From: an uncultured Clostridia bacterium
GTDB lineage: Bacteria > Bacillota > Clostridia > Oscillospirales > CAG-272
Length of the DNA: 64,000 nt
Assembly (NCBI GenBank): GCA_937875545.1
Contig: CALLYE010000073.1
Span: 12,237-76,236, forward strand
Direction of reading: 5' to 3'
Shown: one piece after another, positions 34,257-43,249 of the stretch
Numbering within the stretch: position 1 is the first letter of the stretch
How the letters are laid out: the number at the start of each line of letters is the position of its first letter
Notes under the pieces: generated by a model
The model's database searches: none
What the model was told of the DNA's origin: nothing
The model's input: the letters and a program-made list of their open reading frames with translations, nothing else
Translations under genes and position numbers: made by a program

Positions 34257-35183
34257 TTATTTTATCTCCCGTACCGGTCGCATCTCGATGTAGCCGCGCC
34301 AGCCCATCGGGGCAAGCTGCATACGCGGCGCGATTTCGTCCGCGTATTCGTAACCATACACCTTAGGGTTAAATTTCGCGATACGTTCCCACAATAAGCC
34401 GATCGCTTTGCCAAATTCTTCGTCATCGTACGGTTCGCCCTGGAAAACAAGCAATTTGCACGGCGGCAGGTCAATAATATCAAAACCGTCGGGCACCGCG
34501 CCATGATAATCCGCGGGGAGCTCCACCCCATGCGCATAAATTCCTGTTCCGGTGGGACGCATATTGTCAGGTAGCCATAATCCTACGGGTTCATAAAGGG
34601 CTTCTTTTATGCCGCAGAGAATTGCCCATGGAGCCGATTCGCCCGACCCTTCCTCCACGCAGCCAAATTCCTCACAATACGCAAAATATCCTTCCGCTGT
34701 TTTTGAGCGCCTTAATAATAATTTCCGTGCCGGGCGTTCTACAATCTGCGTAAAGATGATTGCCGTTTTTTCTGCCACAATTGATTCCTCTCTACCTATT
34801 TTTCGGCGGTTTAAAACATAAAACGGGATTTTCCAGCCGCTCGGTTCCGTTATTGCGGCAAAGCGTTTCGGGGCTATCCCAAACGCGTTTGTAAATGCCC
34901 TTGTGAAACCTTCCTGACTGTCGAACATAAAATCAAAAGCAACGTCGACAATCTTTATTTTATCGTTTCTGAGCGCAAGCGCTGCGCCGGTGAGCCGCAG
35001 CTCACGGATATATTCAAAAGGCATCCGGCCGGTATGCTGCTTGAATATCCGTGCCGCGTGATATCGCGAATAGCCGGCGATATCCGAAAGTACTTTTGCT
35101 GTAATTGGCTCCTTGATGTGCGCGTCAATATATGCTTTCATACGTTCGGCGGCGGCTGAAGTTTCTTGATTTACAAATCCCAT
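34257..35183 (-). CDS. AraC family regulator with C-terminal GyrI-like effector-binding domain
   Basis: N-terminal double HTH (...IAGYSRYHAARIFKQHTGRMPFEYIRELRL...FDSQEGFTRAFTNAFGIAPKRF) and a roughly 170-aa GyrI-like C-terminus. GGAGGTG SD upstream. Confidence 0.85.
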   Translation of the reverse strand: MGFVNQETSAAAERMKAYIDAHIKEPITAKVLSDIAGYSRYHAARIFKQHTGRMPFEYIRELRLTGAALALRNDKIKIVDVAFDFMFDSQEGFTRAFTNAFGIAPKRFAAITEPSGWKIPFYVLNRRKIGREESIVAEKTAIIFTQIVERPARKLLLRRSKTAEGYFAYCEEFGCVEEGSGESAPWAILCGIKEALYEPVGLWLPDNMRPTGTGIYAHGVELPADYHGAVPDGFDIIDLPPCKLLVFQGEPYDDEEFGKAIGLLWERIAKFNPKVYGYEYADEIAPRMQLAPMGWRGYIEMRPVREIK

Positions 35184-35318
35184 CGGTTTCTCACCTCCGA
35201 GTATATTTTACCGCAACCGGTATCAGTTTTCTTGACTTAAAGTGCGAACTTAACATATGGGAAACTAATTAAAGCAAAATACAGCGAGGCTTCACGTGAA
35301 ACCCCGCTGTATTTTAAT

Positions 35319-37448
35319 TTATTCTTCAGGCGTATCTGTCGAGTAAATCGGCTCGTTGCTATCGCTGTTATCGTAGCCGTCGTCGTATTGCGCTTCGCCC
35401 TCTAACAGTGCGCGGATAGAAAGGCTGATCTTGCGCTTTTCGGTGTCGATGTCGGTGATTCGAACGTTTACGATATCCCCGACCTTTACCACATCGGCAG
35501 GCGACTGCACACGGCGGTCGGAGATCTGCGAGATATGGATCAGTCCGTCAACTCCGGGTACAACCTCGGCGAACGCGCCGAAGGGCATCAGGCTGACGAT
35601 TTTCACCTCGGCTACGTCGCCGATTGAATATTTGGAGATAAAGATGTTCCACGGGTCCATCTCGTCGGTCTTATAACCCAGCGAGATGCGTTTGCTTTCG
35701 GGATCGAAATCTTTTACATAAACATCGATGGTTTGACCGATCGAAACGACTTCGGACGGGTTCTTGATGCGGCGCCACGACAGCTCGGAGTTGTGCACCA
35801 TGCCGTCCACACCGCCCAGATCGACGAACGCGCCGTATGAGGTCAGCGATCTGACTTGTCCGTTGTAATGCTTGCCGATTTCGACATTCTGCCAGAATTC
35901 GGCTTCCAGCGCCTTGCGCTCTTCGCGTTTGACAACCGCGATGGACGCGACCGCGCGGCGGCGTTTTTCATCGACCTCGATGATACGCGCGCGCTGCTTT
36001 GTGTTCAGCAGCACCGACATATCCTGTCCGCGTCCGACGCCTGACTGGGACGCCGGGACGAACAGCTTCATCGAGCCTACGTCAAGCAGCAAGCCGCCCT
36101 TGATGATCTCCGCGACTTTTCCCTCGATGATCTTGCCGCTTTCGTTTGCCTCAAGCACGCCGCGCCATGCAACGATACCGTCCGCGCGCTTCTTCGACAG
36201 CGTTGCGACGCCGTCCCTGTCGCTGACGTGGGTCACGATTGCCGTGATTCCCTCGCCGACAATAAATTCTTTGTTTACGTCAAACGCAGGATCGTCCGAA
36301 AATTCGGATTGCGGGATAATTCCGGTGAATTTTGCGCCTAAATCCACGTGCACTTCGCCGGGCGAAACGAACGAGATTGTACCGCTGACTGTTGCTCCTG
36401 TATTTATAGGTTTCAAAGATTCATCAAGCATTCCCGCGAAGTCGTTTTCGTCGATAATATTACCCTCCGCGTTATTTTCCGCCCCTTCGGCGGCGAGACT
36501 TTTTTCCTGGTCTGTCATTATATTTTTAACCTCCTCAATAATGCCGCGCGGCGTCGATGCGCCTGCGGTAATTCCCACTTTAAAGCCTGTTGCCGGTATT
36601 ATTCCGCGTTTACGCAAGGAGGTTATACCGTCACTCGCTTCCGACGCGTTTTCAACAAGCAGAACTGTGAATCCGTGCCGCGTCGGGCAGGATGACTGTG
36701 CTGTCTCATATAACCGGTTCGTATTGGAGCTTTCTTTTCCGCCGACCACAATCATCAGGTCGACCTGTTTCGACAGCTCTTCTGCTTCGGCTTGTCGATT
36801 TTCAGTCACTCTGCATATTGTATCAAAAATTTTTACTTTTGTATATAGCTTTTGAATAATTTTTTGAGAATTTTTATAATCTTCGTATAAATGTGTCGTC
36901 TGTGCGACCATTATTACACCTTTTTCGCACGCGGGATCCGCGCGCAGCGTATCAAGCGACGCTTCCAAAACCTGAGCCGACGGAAAAATGTATACAGGGC
37001 CATCCGCGTAGCTGCGGATACCGATGACCTCTGGATGACGCTCGTCGCCGATGATAACCGTAACCATACCGCGATGCGATTCCACCAGCCGGTGGATCTG
37101 CTCGACCGACGGACAGGCGCAGTCGATAAATGTGAAGTATCTGTTTCGTTCCGCGAGCTTGCGGAGCTTTTCGCTCACGCTTTTTGTCACCCCGTGCGCG
37201 CGGGTAACGATGATCACCGGACTATTTTCGCTTGCCGACGCCGCGAGCGCGTCAAGCTCGTCTTCATGTGCGGCGCGTACCCCGCGTAACTCGAAGCCCG
37301 CGACGATGTCCGGATTGTGGATCAGCCTGCCCAGCGTGTAAACGCGCGCCGCGGTACCCGAATATTCGGCAATCAGTCGCTCGACGGTTTCAACGGCGCG
37401 TTTAACGCCGTAGCAAAACCCCGCGTTTTCGGCAACGATTATTTGCAT
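35319..37448 (-). CDS. ispH: bifunctional 4-hydroxy-3-methylbut-2-enyl diphosphate reductase / ribosomal protein S1-like (four S1 domains)
   Basis: N-terminal IspH region (AENAGFCYGVKRAV, ...CPSV..., TICRVT). After a linker come four S1 repeats (GTISFVSPGEVHVDLG..., GKVAEIIKGGLLLDVG, GQVRSLTSYGAFVDLG, VKIVSLMPFGAFAEV). Confidence 0.9.
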   Translation of the reverse strand: MQIIVAENAGFCYGVKRAVETVERLIAEYSGTAARVYTLGRLIHNPDIVAGFELRGVRAAHEDELDALAASASENSPVIIVTRAHGVTKSVSEKLRKLAERNRYFTFIDCACPSVEQIHRLVESHRGMVTVIIGDERHPEVIGIRSYADGPVYIFPSAQVLEASLDTLRADPACEKGVIMVAQTTHLYEDYKNSQKIIQKLYTKVKIFDTICRVTENRQAEAEELSKQVDLMIVVGGKESSNTNRLYETAQSSCPTRHGFTVLLVENASEASDGITSLRKRGIIPATGFKVGITAGASTPRGIIEEVKNIMTDQEKSLAAEGAENNAEGNIIDENDFAGMLDESLKPINTGATVSGTISFVSPGEVHVDLGAKFTGIIPQSEFSDDPAFDVNKEFIVGEGITAIVTHVSDRDGVATLSKKRADGIVAWRGVLEANESGKIIEGKVAEIIKGGLLLDVGSMKLFVPASQSGVGRGQDMSVLLNTKQRARIIEVDEKRRRAVASIAVVKREERKALEAEFWQNVEIGKHYNGQVRSLTSYGAFVDLGGVDGMVHNSELSWRRIKNPSEVVSIGQTIDVYVKDFDPESKRISLGYKTDEMDPWNIFISKYSIGDVAEVKIVSLMPFGAFAEVVPGVDGLIHISQISDRRVQSPADVVKVGDIVNVRITDIDTEKRKISLSIRALLEGEAQYDDGYDNSDSNEPIYSTDTPEE

Positions 37449-37455
37449 AAACCGT

Positions 37456-38058
37456 TTAATCCTTTATCATCTCGTTAATTTTACCGAACACATATTCCGA
37501 AGCGCGCTTATATTCGTCGGATGTGGTCGCCGTCAGTGCCAGCTCGTCGGGATAAATAGGCTTGCCGATGCGCACATCGATGCGGCGGAACGGCACGATG
37601 CGGAATTTTTTAGTTTGTATGCATACGGGCAGGATCGGCACCTTCGCACGGCTCGCCACCATGGCTATACCGTGTCTGACGGGCGTGGTGCGCGGATCGA
37701 CGCCCACATGACGTGTGCCCTGCGGGTAATAAGCTACCGCCTCGCCGTTTGAAAGCAGTTTCAGGGTCGTTTTTATCGCCGCGACATCCCCCCCGCCGCG
37801 CTTGATGGGGAACGCGCCAAGCGCGGTGATAAGCTGCTTCAATAGCGGTATTTTAAACAGCTCAATTTTGGCAAGATAGCGAAGCTGACGTTTAAGCGAC
37901 GCGCCAAGCACGACCACATCGCTGTCGGAGATATGGTTGGCGCAGACAAGAAGCCCGCCCTCCGCAGGCTCGTTCTCCGATCCTTCCACATGTATATTGT
38001 AAAACCAATTTACAATCGGACGGAAATATTTATACAGCCATGCGTATAATTTATTCAT
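37456..38058 (-). CDS. plsC: 1-acyl-sn-glycerol-3-phosphate acyltransferase
   Basis: HxxxxD motif (NHISDSD) and the YPQGTR block. Confidence 0.85.
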   Translation of the reverse strand: MNKLYAWLYKYFRPIVNWFYNIHVEGSENEPAEGGLLVCANHISDSDVVVLGASLKRQLRYLAKIELFKIPLLKQLITALGAFPIKRGGGDVAAIKTTLKLLSNGEAVAYYPQGTRHVGVDPRTTPVRHGIAMVASRAKVPILPVCIQTKKFRIVPFRRIDVRIGKPIYPDELALTATTSDEYKRASEYVFGKINEMIKD

Positions 38059-38732
38059 GGGTTTTTATCCCCAATTTTATCGCGTATTATCGCCAGCGCC
38101 GCCGAAAGCGTCTCCTCGGGCATAAACCCCGAATTATCGAGCATGACAGCGTCGGCGGCGGGTACGCAGGGAGACTCCGCGCGCGTGGCGTCGCGCTCGT
38201 CGCGCTGCTTCATGTCGAACAGCACTTCTTCGTATGTGGTTATAATGCCTTTTGACGTCAGCTCTTCGAACCGGCGCGCCGCGCGGTTATCAAGACTGGC
38301 GGACAAAAATATTTTCACCGCCGCGCCGGGCAGTATAACCGTACCGATGTCGCGTCCGTCCATAACAGTGTTATTATCCCTCGCCGCGTCTCGCTGTATG
38401 CCGAGCAGCATAGTCCGCACCTGCGGAATCGCCGAAACTTTAGAGGCATATGTCGATATCGCCGGCAGGCGGATTTTATCGCTTACATCAGCGCCGTTTA
38501 ATAAAACAAGCTGTGTGCCGCCCTCGTATTCGAGTTTTATATCCACGCTGTCAAGCGCCGCCGCAACGGCGGCGCTGTCGTCGGCATCGATACCGCGCTC
38601 GTATATATAATATCCGACTGCGCGATAGAGCGCGCCGGTGTCCACATACGCAAAACCCAGCTCGCGCGCGAGGTTTTTTGCCAGTACGCTCTTACCCGCG
38701 CCCGACGGTCCGTCAATAGCGATGTTTATCAT
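38055..38732 (-). CDS. cmk: cytidylate kinase
   Basis: IAIDGPSGAGKS P-loop, YVDTGALYR and MDGRDIGT motifs. The stop overlaps the plsC start. Confidence 0.9.
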   Translation of the reverse strand: MINIAIDGPSGAGKSVLAKNLARELGFAYVDTGALYRAVGYYIYERGIDADDSAAVAAALDSVDIKLEYEGGTQLVLLNGADVSDKIRLPAISTYASKVSAIPQVRTMLLGIQRDAARDNNTVMDGRDIGTVILPGAAVKIFLSASLDNRAARRFEELTSKGIITTYEEVLFDMKQRDERDATRAESPCVPAADAVMLDNSGFMPEETLSAALAIIRDKIGDKNP

Positions 38733-38869
38733 TGTTACCTCATATTATTACAAAAGACAGGGTTAAACCCCGCAAATAATAGGTAGATTTATAAAAATTT
38801 AATGCTACAGGCAGTTGGGTTATCCCTATTCGCTGGTAAATTTAGGTGGGTGTCCTAACGCGTTTGCGC

Positions 38870-40105
38870 TCACCGCGCTGCGTCAATTCCAGCCGCGCGC
38901 CCGGTTGAAAACGCGATTTGCAGATTAAACCCGCCGGTATACGCGTCCACATCGATCACCTCGCCGGCAAAATACAGACCTTTAATTTTCCTGCACTCCA
39001 TTGTGCGCGGGTTCAGCTCGGTCACATTCACGCCGCCGGAGGTTATAATCGCCTCGTCGATGGGGCGTGTGCGCTTGACCGTGCAGCACAGCCCCTTGAG
39101 CAGAGAAACCAGTGTACCGCGCTCCGCTTTGGTTATACTGTTAACCTTGCGGTGTGCTTCTATACCCGACAATTTGATTATTACCGGGATCAGTTTCAGC
39201 GGCAGCAGATCCGACAGCGCGTTGCCGAAATCGCGGTTTTTATATTTACTGAAATCGGATAATATCCGCGCGTCAAGCGCCGCCATGTCAAGCGCGGGTT
39301 TGAGGTCGAGCGTGATTTTATATCTTTCGGGTGTAACTTCCGGCAGATAAGCCGACGCGCTCAAAATCATCGGGCCGCTCACGCCGAAATGCGTGAAAAG
39401 CAGTTCGCCGAAATCGTCGTAAACGGTTTTATTCGTCGTCGTGTCAATAACTTTCAGCCCCGTATTTTTCAGCGACAGCCCCATTGCTTCGGCGCACCAG
39501 TCCTCGACCGTTTCAAGCGGCACCAGCGACGGTTTAGGCGGCGTGACCGCCAGTCCCAGCCGCTCGGCAATACGCAGCCCGTCGCCGTCAGAACCCGTCG
39601 CTTTATAGGACAGCCCGCCGGTCGCGATTATCACGCGGTCGAACTGATACGCGCCCGACGCGGTTCGCAGTCCGGCGACGGCGCCATCAACGACCGTTAT
39701 GTCCGTGACGCGCTCCCGTATTACCCTGCATTTGCGCCCAACCTCCCGGCGCAGGGCGTTCACAATGTCCGACGCCTTGTCGGATACAGGAAAAACACGC
39801 CCGCCGCGCTCTGTTTTAAGCGGCACGCCCAGCGACTCGAAATACGCCATTGTGTCGGCGGGCGTAAAATTGTTTATCGCGGAATATAAAAAGCGCGAAT
39901 TTGTCGGCACCGAGCGTAAAAATTCGTCGGGCGGGCAGTTATTTGTCAGGTTGCAGCGGCCCTTGCCGGTGATGCCCAGCTTAAGTCCCAGCCGGTCGCC
40001 CCGCTCGAAAAGCGTGACCTCCGCGCCACCGTCGGCGTCAGCCGCATGCACAGCCGCGAACATACCCGCCGCGCCGCCGCCCACGACGGCAAGTTTAACG
40101 CTCAT
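38870..40105 (-). CDS. HI0933/YhiN-like NAD(P)/FAD-dependent flavoprotein
   Basis: Dinucleotide fold LAVVGGGAAGMFAA and the C-terminal GLYFAGEVIDVDAYTGGFNLQ motif typical of this family. Start set at ATG 40105 (MSVKLAVVGGG); the longest ORF starts at 40141. Confidence 0.8.
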   Translation of the reverse strand: MSVKLAVVGGGAAGMFAAVHAADADGGAEVTLFERGDRLGLKLGITGKGRCNLTNNCPPDEFLRSVPTNSRFLYSAINNFTPADTMAYFESLGVPLKTERGGRVFPVSDKASDIVNALRREVGRKCRVIRERVTDITVVDGAVAGLRTASGAYQFDRVIIATGGLSYKATGSDGDGLRIAERLGLAVTPPKPSLVPLETVEDWCAEAMGLSLKNTGLKVIDTTTNKTVYDDFGELLFTHFGVSGPMILSASAYLPEVTPERYKITLDLKPALDMAALDARILSDFSKYKNRDFGNALSDLLPLKLIPVIIKLSGIEAHRKVNSITKAERGTLVSLLKGLCCTVKRTRPIDEAIITSGGVNVTELNPRTMECRKIKGLYFAGEVIDVDAYTGGFNLQIAFSTGRAAGIDAAR

Positions 40106-40137
40106 TTGAAACGGACGGCAGCACGCCGCCCCTGCGG

Positions 40138-41034
40138 TCAATTCTTTTCTTTATCGTATACATCATAATTATCCCATATTGTTTCAAGACGGTCGAACAG
40201 CTCGCCCAGTTCGCCGCGCTTTTTCTGCGTGATTGCGACAATCAGCGCGTTGATTATCGACAGGGGCGCGACAAGCGTATCCACAAATGACGCCATTTCG
40301 CTCTTGGCAAGCAGCTTTGTATCCGCCTGACGCGCTATGGGCGAATCGGCGCTGTCTGTCAGCGCGATCACATGAGCCGAGCGCGATTTCGCGTATTCGA
40401 CGGCGTTTATAATGCGTTTTGAATAACGCGGGAATGAAATGGCAAACACTACGTCGCGTTCATTTATACGCAGCAGGCTCTCGAATATCTCGCTACCGCT
40501 TGTGGTCTGCACCAACTGCGCGTCGTCGAATATCAGCCTGAAATAAAAATGCGCGAAGGTCGCAAGCGACGCCGACGAACGCATGCCGATGATATAAATC
40601 CGCCGCGCCGCGATCAGGGTATCGACAGCGCGCTCAAAATCGGCGCGCGACACCGTTTCCAGTGTTGCGCGCAGCTTTTTCATATCAGCGTTCATGACCT
40701 GCGCGAGAATATCACCGTCGCCAAGCCGGTCGCTGGTGACGATGATACGCTGCTTTGACGTCAGCATTGTACGGATCAGCTCGCGCAGATATTCCTGAAG
40801 CTCCGGGTAGCTGTCATAACCCAGCACGTTCGCAAAACGCACAACGGTCGATTCCGACACGCCCACCTCTTCGCCCAGTTTGGCGGCGGTGAGATACGCG
40901 GCGCGGTCGTATGACTGAAGTATAAACTGTCCTATCGCGCGCTGCCCCTTCGACAGCTCCGGCAGCAGCGTCCTGATCCGGTTTAAGACATTGGTTTTCA
41001 TATATAAACTTTGTAGGAGCGGGATTTTCTCCAC
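40138..41034 (-). CDS. MurR/RpiR family transcriptional regulator (HTH + SIS domain)
   Basis: N-terminal HTH (LSKGQRAIGQFIL...AAKLGEEVGVSESTVVRFA) and a SIS domain (IYIIGMRSSA). The start could be GTG 41034 or ATG 41001. Confidence 0.85.
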   Translation of the reverse strand: MEKIPLLQSLYMKTNVLNRIRTLLPELSKGQRAIGQFILQSYDRAAYLTAAKLGEEVGVSESTVVRFANVLGYDSYPELQEYLRELIRTMLTSKQRIIVTSDRLGDGDILAQVMNADMKKLRATLETVSRADFERAVDTLIAARRIYIIGMRSSASLATFAHFYFRLIFDDAQLVQTTSGSEIFESLLRINERDVVFAISFPRYSKRIINAVEYAKSRSAHVIALTDSADSPIARQADTKLLAKSEMASFVDTLVAPLSIINALIVAITQKKRGELGELFDRLETIWDNYDVYDKEKN

Positions 41035-41079
41035 ACCCGCGTTACCGCATCGGGCGGCGGGCGGGCATGGAAGCCACCC

Positions 41080-42342
41080 CTACATTCCTCCTATGTCGGT
41101 TCGGTAATGCGCGCCCTCGAAGCGGATTTTCGCGACTGCGCAGTATGCTTTTTTCGCCGCGTCGCCGACTGTCTGTCCTTTTGCCGTAACGCCCAATACA
41201 CGACCGCCGTTTGTCACAAGTCTGCCGTCGCGGCGCGCCGTTCCGGCGTGGTAAACGGTAATATCGTCCGTAAAATCGGGTATCTCAATAGGAAAACCTT
41301 TTTCATATTTTTGGGGATACCCGCCGCTTGCCATACAGACGCAAACCGCCGCGCCGTCGTCCCATTCCATTGCGATTTCGTTTAGTCTGCCGTCGATAAC
41401 CGCGTCGATAACATCGAGCAGATCGGTTTTCATGCGGGGCAGCACCACCTGCGCCTCCGGGTCGCCGAAGCGCGCGTTGTATTCGATCACCTTCGGTCCG
41501 TCCGGCGTGAGCATCATCTGGAAATATATCACGCCGCGGAATTCGCGCCCCTCGGAGCGCATTGCGCGCACGGTGGGCAGGAATATCTCGCGTTCGCAGC
41601 GTTCCGCCAGCTCCAGCGTATAATACGGGCTGGGTGATATGGCGCCCATACCGCCTGTGTTCGGGCCGTTGTCGCCGTCAAAAACGCGCTTGTAATCCTG
41701 CGCCGAAACCATGGGGGCGACAATTTCGCCGTCGGTGAAAGCAAGCACTGTCAATTCTGGTCCGCATAAAAATTCCTCAACCACAACGCGGTCGCCCGAA
41801 TGTCCGAACGTCTTTTCTTCCATTATCGAACGCAGCGCTGTTTCTGCCTCCGAGCGATCGGACGCGATAACCGCGCCTTTTCCCAGCGCCAGCCCGTCGG
41901 CTTTGATCACGACAGGGTATACGCCTCTGCCCTCGATATAGCGCATAGCCTGCGCCGGATCGTCGAAAACTTTATAATCAGCGGTCGGGATGCCGTATTT
42001 TTTCATAAGCCCTTTGGAGAACACCTTACTGCCCTCCAGCTCCGCCGCTTTTGCCGTCGGACCGAAAGCGCGGATACCCGCTTCGGTGAGCCTGTCCACC
42101 AGCCCGAGCGCAAGCGGATCGTCGGGCGCCACAAATACGCAGTCTATATCCAGTTCTTTTGCAGCCGCGATGATTTTATCCAGTTCTGTAGCTCCGATCG
42201 GCAGGCATTCGGCAATTCCCGAAATTCCGGCATTGCCCGGCGCAGCCCACAGCCTGCCGCAGCGTGCGCTCTCGCGCAGTTTTTGGGCTATGGCGTGCTC
42301 CCTGCCGCCGCCCCCGACTAAAAGAATATCGATTTTATCCAC
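41080..42342 (-). CDS. purD: phosphoribosylamine--glycine ligase
   Basis: ILLVGGGGREHA, ATP-grasp motifs and EYNARFGDPE. GTG start. Confidence 0.92.
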   Translation of the reverse strand: MDKIDILLVGGGGREHAIAQKLRESARCGRLWAAPGNAGISGIAECLPIGATELDKIIAAAKELDIDCVFVAPDDPLALGLVDRLTEAGIRAFGPTAKAAELEGSKVFSKGLMKKYGIPTADYKVFDDPAQAMRYIEGRGVYPVVIKADGLALGKGAVIASDRSEAETALRSIMEEKTFGHSGDRVVVEEFLCGPELTVLAFTDGEIVAPMVSAQDYKRVFDGDNGPNTGGMGAISPSPYYTLELAERCEREIFLPTVRAMRSEGREFRGVIYFQMMLTPDGPKVIEYNARFGDPEAQVVLPRMKTDLLDVIDAVIDGRLNEIAMEWDDGAAVCVCMASGGYPQKYEKGFPIEIPDFTDDITVYHAGTARRDGRLVTNGGRVLGVTAKGQTVGDAAKKAYCAVAKIRFEGAHYRTDIGGM

Positions 42343-42390
42343 CTTACGCCGTATATCCTTAATAAAATATTTTTCAAATCACAGAATTAT

Positions 42391-42419
42391 ATTATATCCG
42401 ATTTCCGAAATAATGTCAA
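42391..42419 (-). promoter_or_regulatory. sigma-A type promoter TTGACA-17-TATAAT for purD
   Basis: On the minus strand, TTGACA (42419-42414) and TATAAT (42396-42391) with an exact 17-nt spacer, about 50 nt upstream of the purD start. Confidence 0.55.
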
Positions 42420-42480
42420 GCCGCGCGATTGCCGCGCGGGTATGTTTAAGGTTTTTTTACAAATATTTCTCCGCACCGCA

Positions 42481-42509
42481 TTTACAAACCGCGAAAAAGC
42501 GAATATAAT
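42481..42509 (+). promoter_or_regulatory. sigma-A type promoter TTTACA-17-TATAAT for cysE-cysS
   Basis: Hexamers at 42481-42486 and 42504-42509 with a 17-nt spacer, about 50 nt upstream of the cysE start. Confidence 0.5.
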
Positions 42510-42559
42510 ATAGGACATACTGACATACTGTTTTATATTTTTCGGCGGGGGCTTTTAAT

Positions 42560-43249
42560 ATGATGGCTGCTTACTACTATAAAAAATTGATTTCCGCGTA
42601 CGACGCGGTCCGGTCGGAGATCGCGGCAATACGTGAGCGCGACCCCGCCGCGAAAAATAATATCGAAGTCGCGCTGCTGTACTCGGGCTTTCACGCGGTT
42701 GTCGCATACCGTGCCGCACACGCGCTTCACCAGCGGGGTCACTCCTTCGCGGCGCGCGCTATCAGCCAAACGGCGCGGTTTTTAACGGGCATCGAGATTC
42801 ACCCGGGCGCGATGATCGGGTGTGGGCTGTTCATCGACCACGGCAGCGGCGTGGTGATCGGCGAAACGACCGTGATCGGCGACAACTGCACCATTTATCA
42901 GGGCGTAACGCTAGGCGGCACGGGCAAGCACTCCGGCAAGCGCCATCCGACGCTGGGCAGCAACATTATGATCGGCGCGGGTGCGAAGGTGCTCGGCCCG
43001 ATCACAATCGGCGATAATTCCAAAATTGCCGCCGGCGCCGTCGTGCTGTATGACATACCCGACAACTCTACCGCGGTCGGCATCCCCGCGCGCGTAGTCC
43101 GCCGCGCGGGCGTCCGCGTTGACCCGTGCGACCTGGATCAGGTACATATGCCCGACCCGGTGTCAAAAGAGCTGTGCGAACTGCGGCTCCGGTTAGAGAG
43201 GGTCGAAAAAAAGCTGGTTGATACAATTAATGAAACGGATAATAAATAA
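42560..43249 (+). CDS. cysE: serine O-acetyltransferase
   Basis: N-terminal SATase helical domain (RERDPAAKN...) and hexapeptide repeats (GIEIHPGAMIG..., IGDNCTIYQGVTLGG, IGAGAKVLG). Confidence 0.9.
   Translation: MMAAYYYKKLISAYDAVRSEIAAIRERDPAAKNNIEVALLYSGFHAVVAYRAAHALHQRGHSFAARAISQTARFLTGIEIHPGAMIGCGLFIDHGSGVVIGETTVIGDNCTIYQGVTLGGTGKHSGKRHPTLGSNIMIGAGAKVLGPITIGDNSKIAAGAVVLYDIPDNSTAVGIPARVVRRAGVRVDPCDLDQVHMPDPVSKELCELRLRLERVEKKLVDTINETDNK

Noticed and set aside
35872-36855. Long ORFs antisense to well-supported genes. Examples: 35872-36855 (+, 327 aa) opposite ispH/S1; 30527-31267 (-) opposite the oxidoreductase; 61318-62085 (-) opposite the radical SAM gene; 47301-48131 (-) opposite pnp; 20040-20798 (+) opposite blaR1; 16380-16973 (+) and 15737-16405 (+) opposite the FG-GAP/Gfo genes; 22114-22689 (+).
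   Set aside because: These are shadow ORFs of the kind typical for GC-rich DNA. Their translations are low-complexity and rich in Ser/Arg/Pro/Ala, they have no SD sites and no recognisable motifs, and each lies fully inside a gene with clear family signatures on the other strand.
42343-42559. T-box or other riboswitch upstream of cysE-cysS, and a purine riboswitch or PurR box upstream of divergent purD.
   Set aside because: Both predicted leaders are only about 50 nt long. I could find no specifier hairpin, T-box sequence or terminator/antiterminator pair. Only promoters, one short hairpin and the tandem octamer are present.
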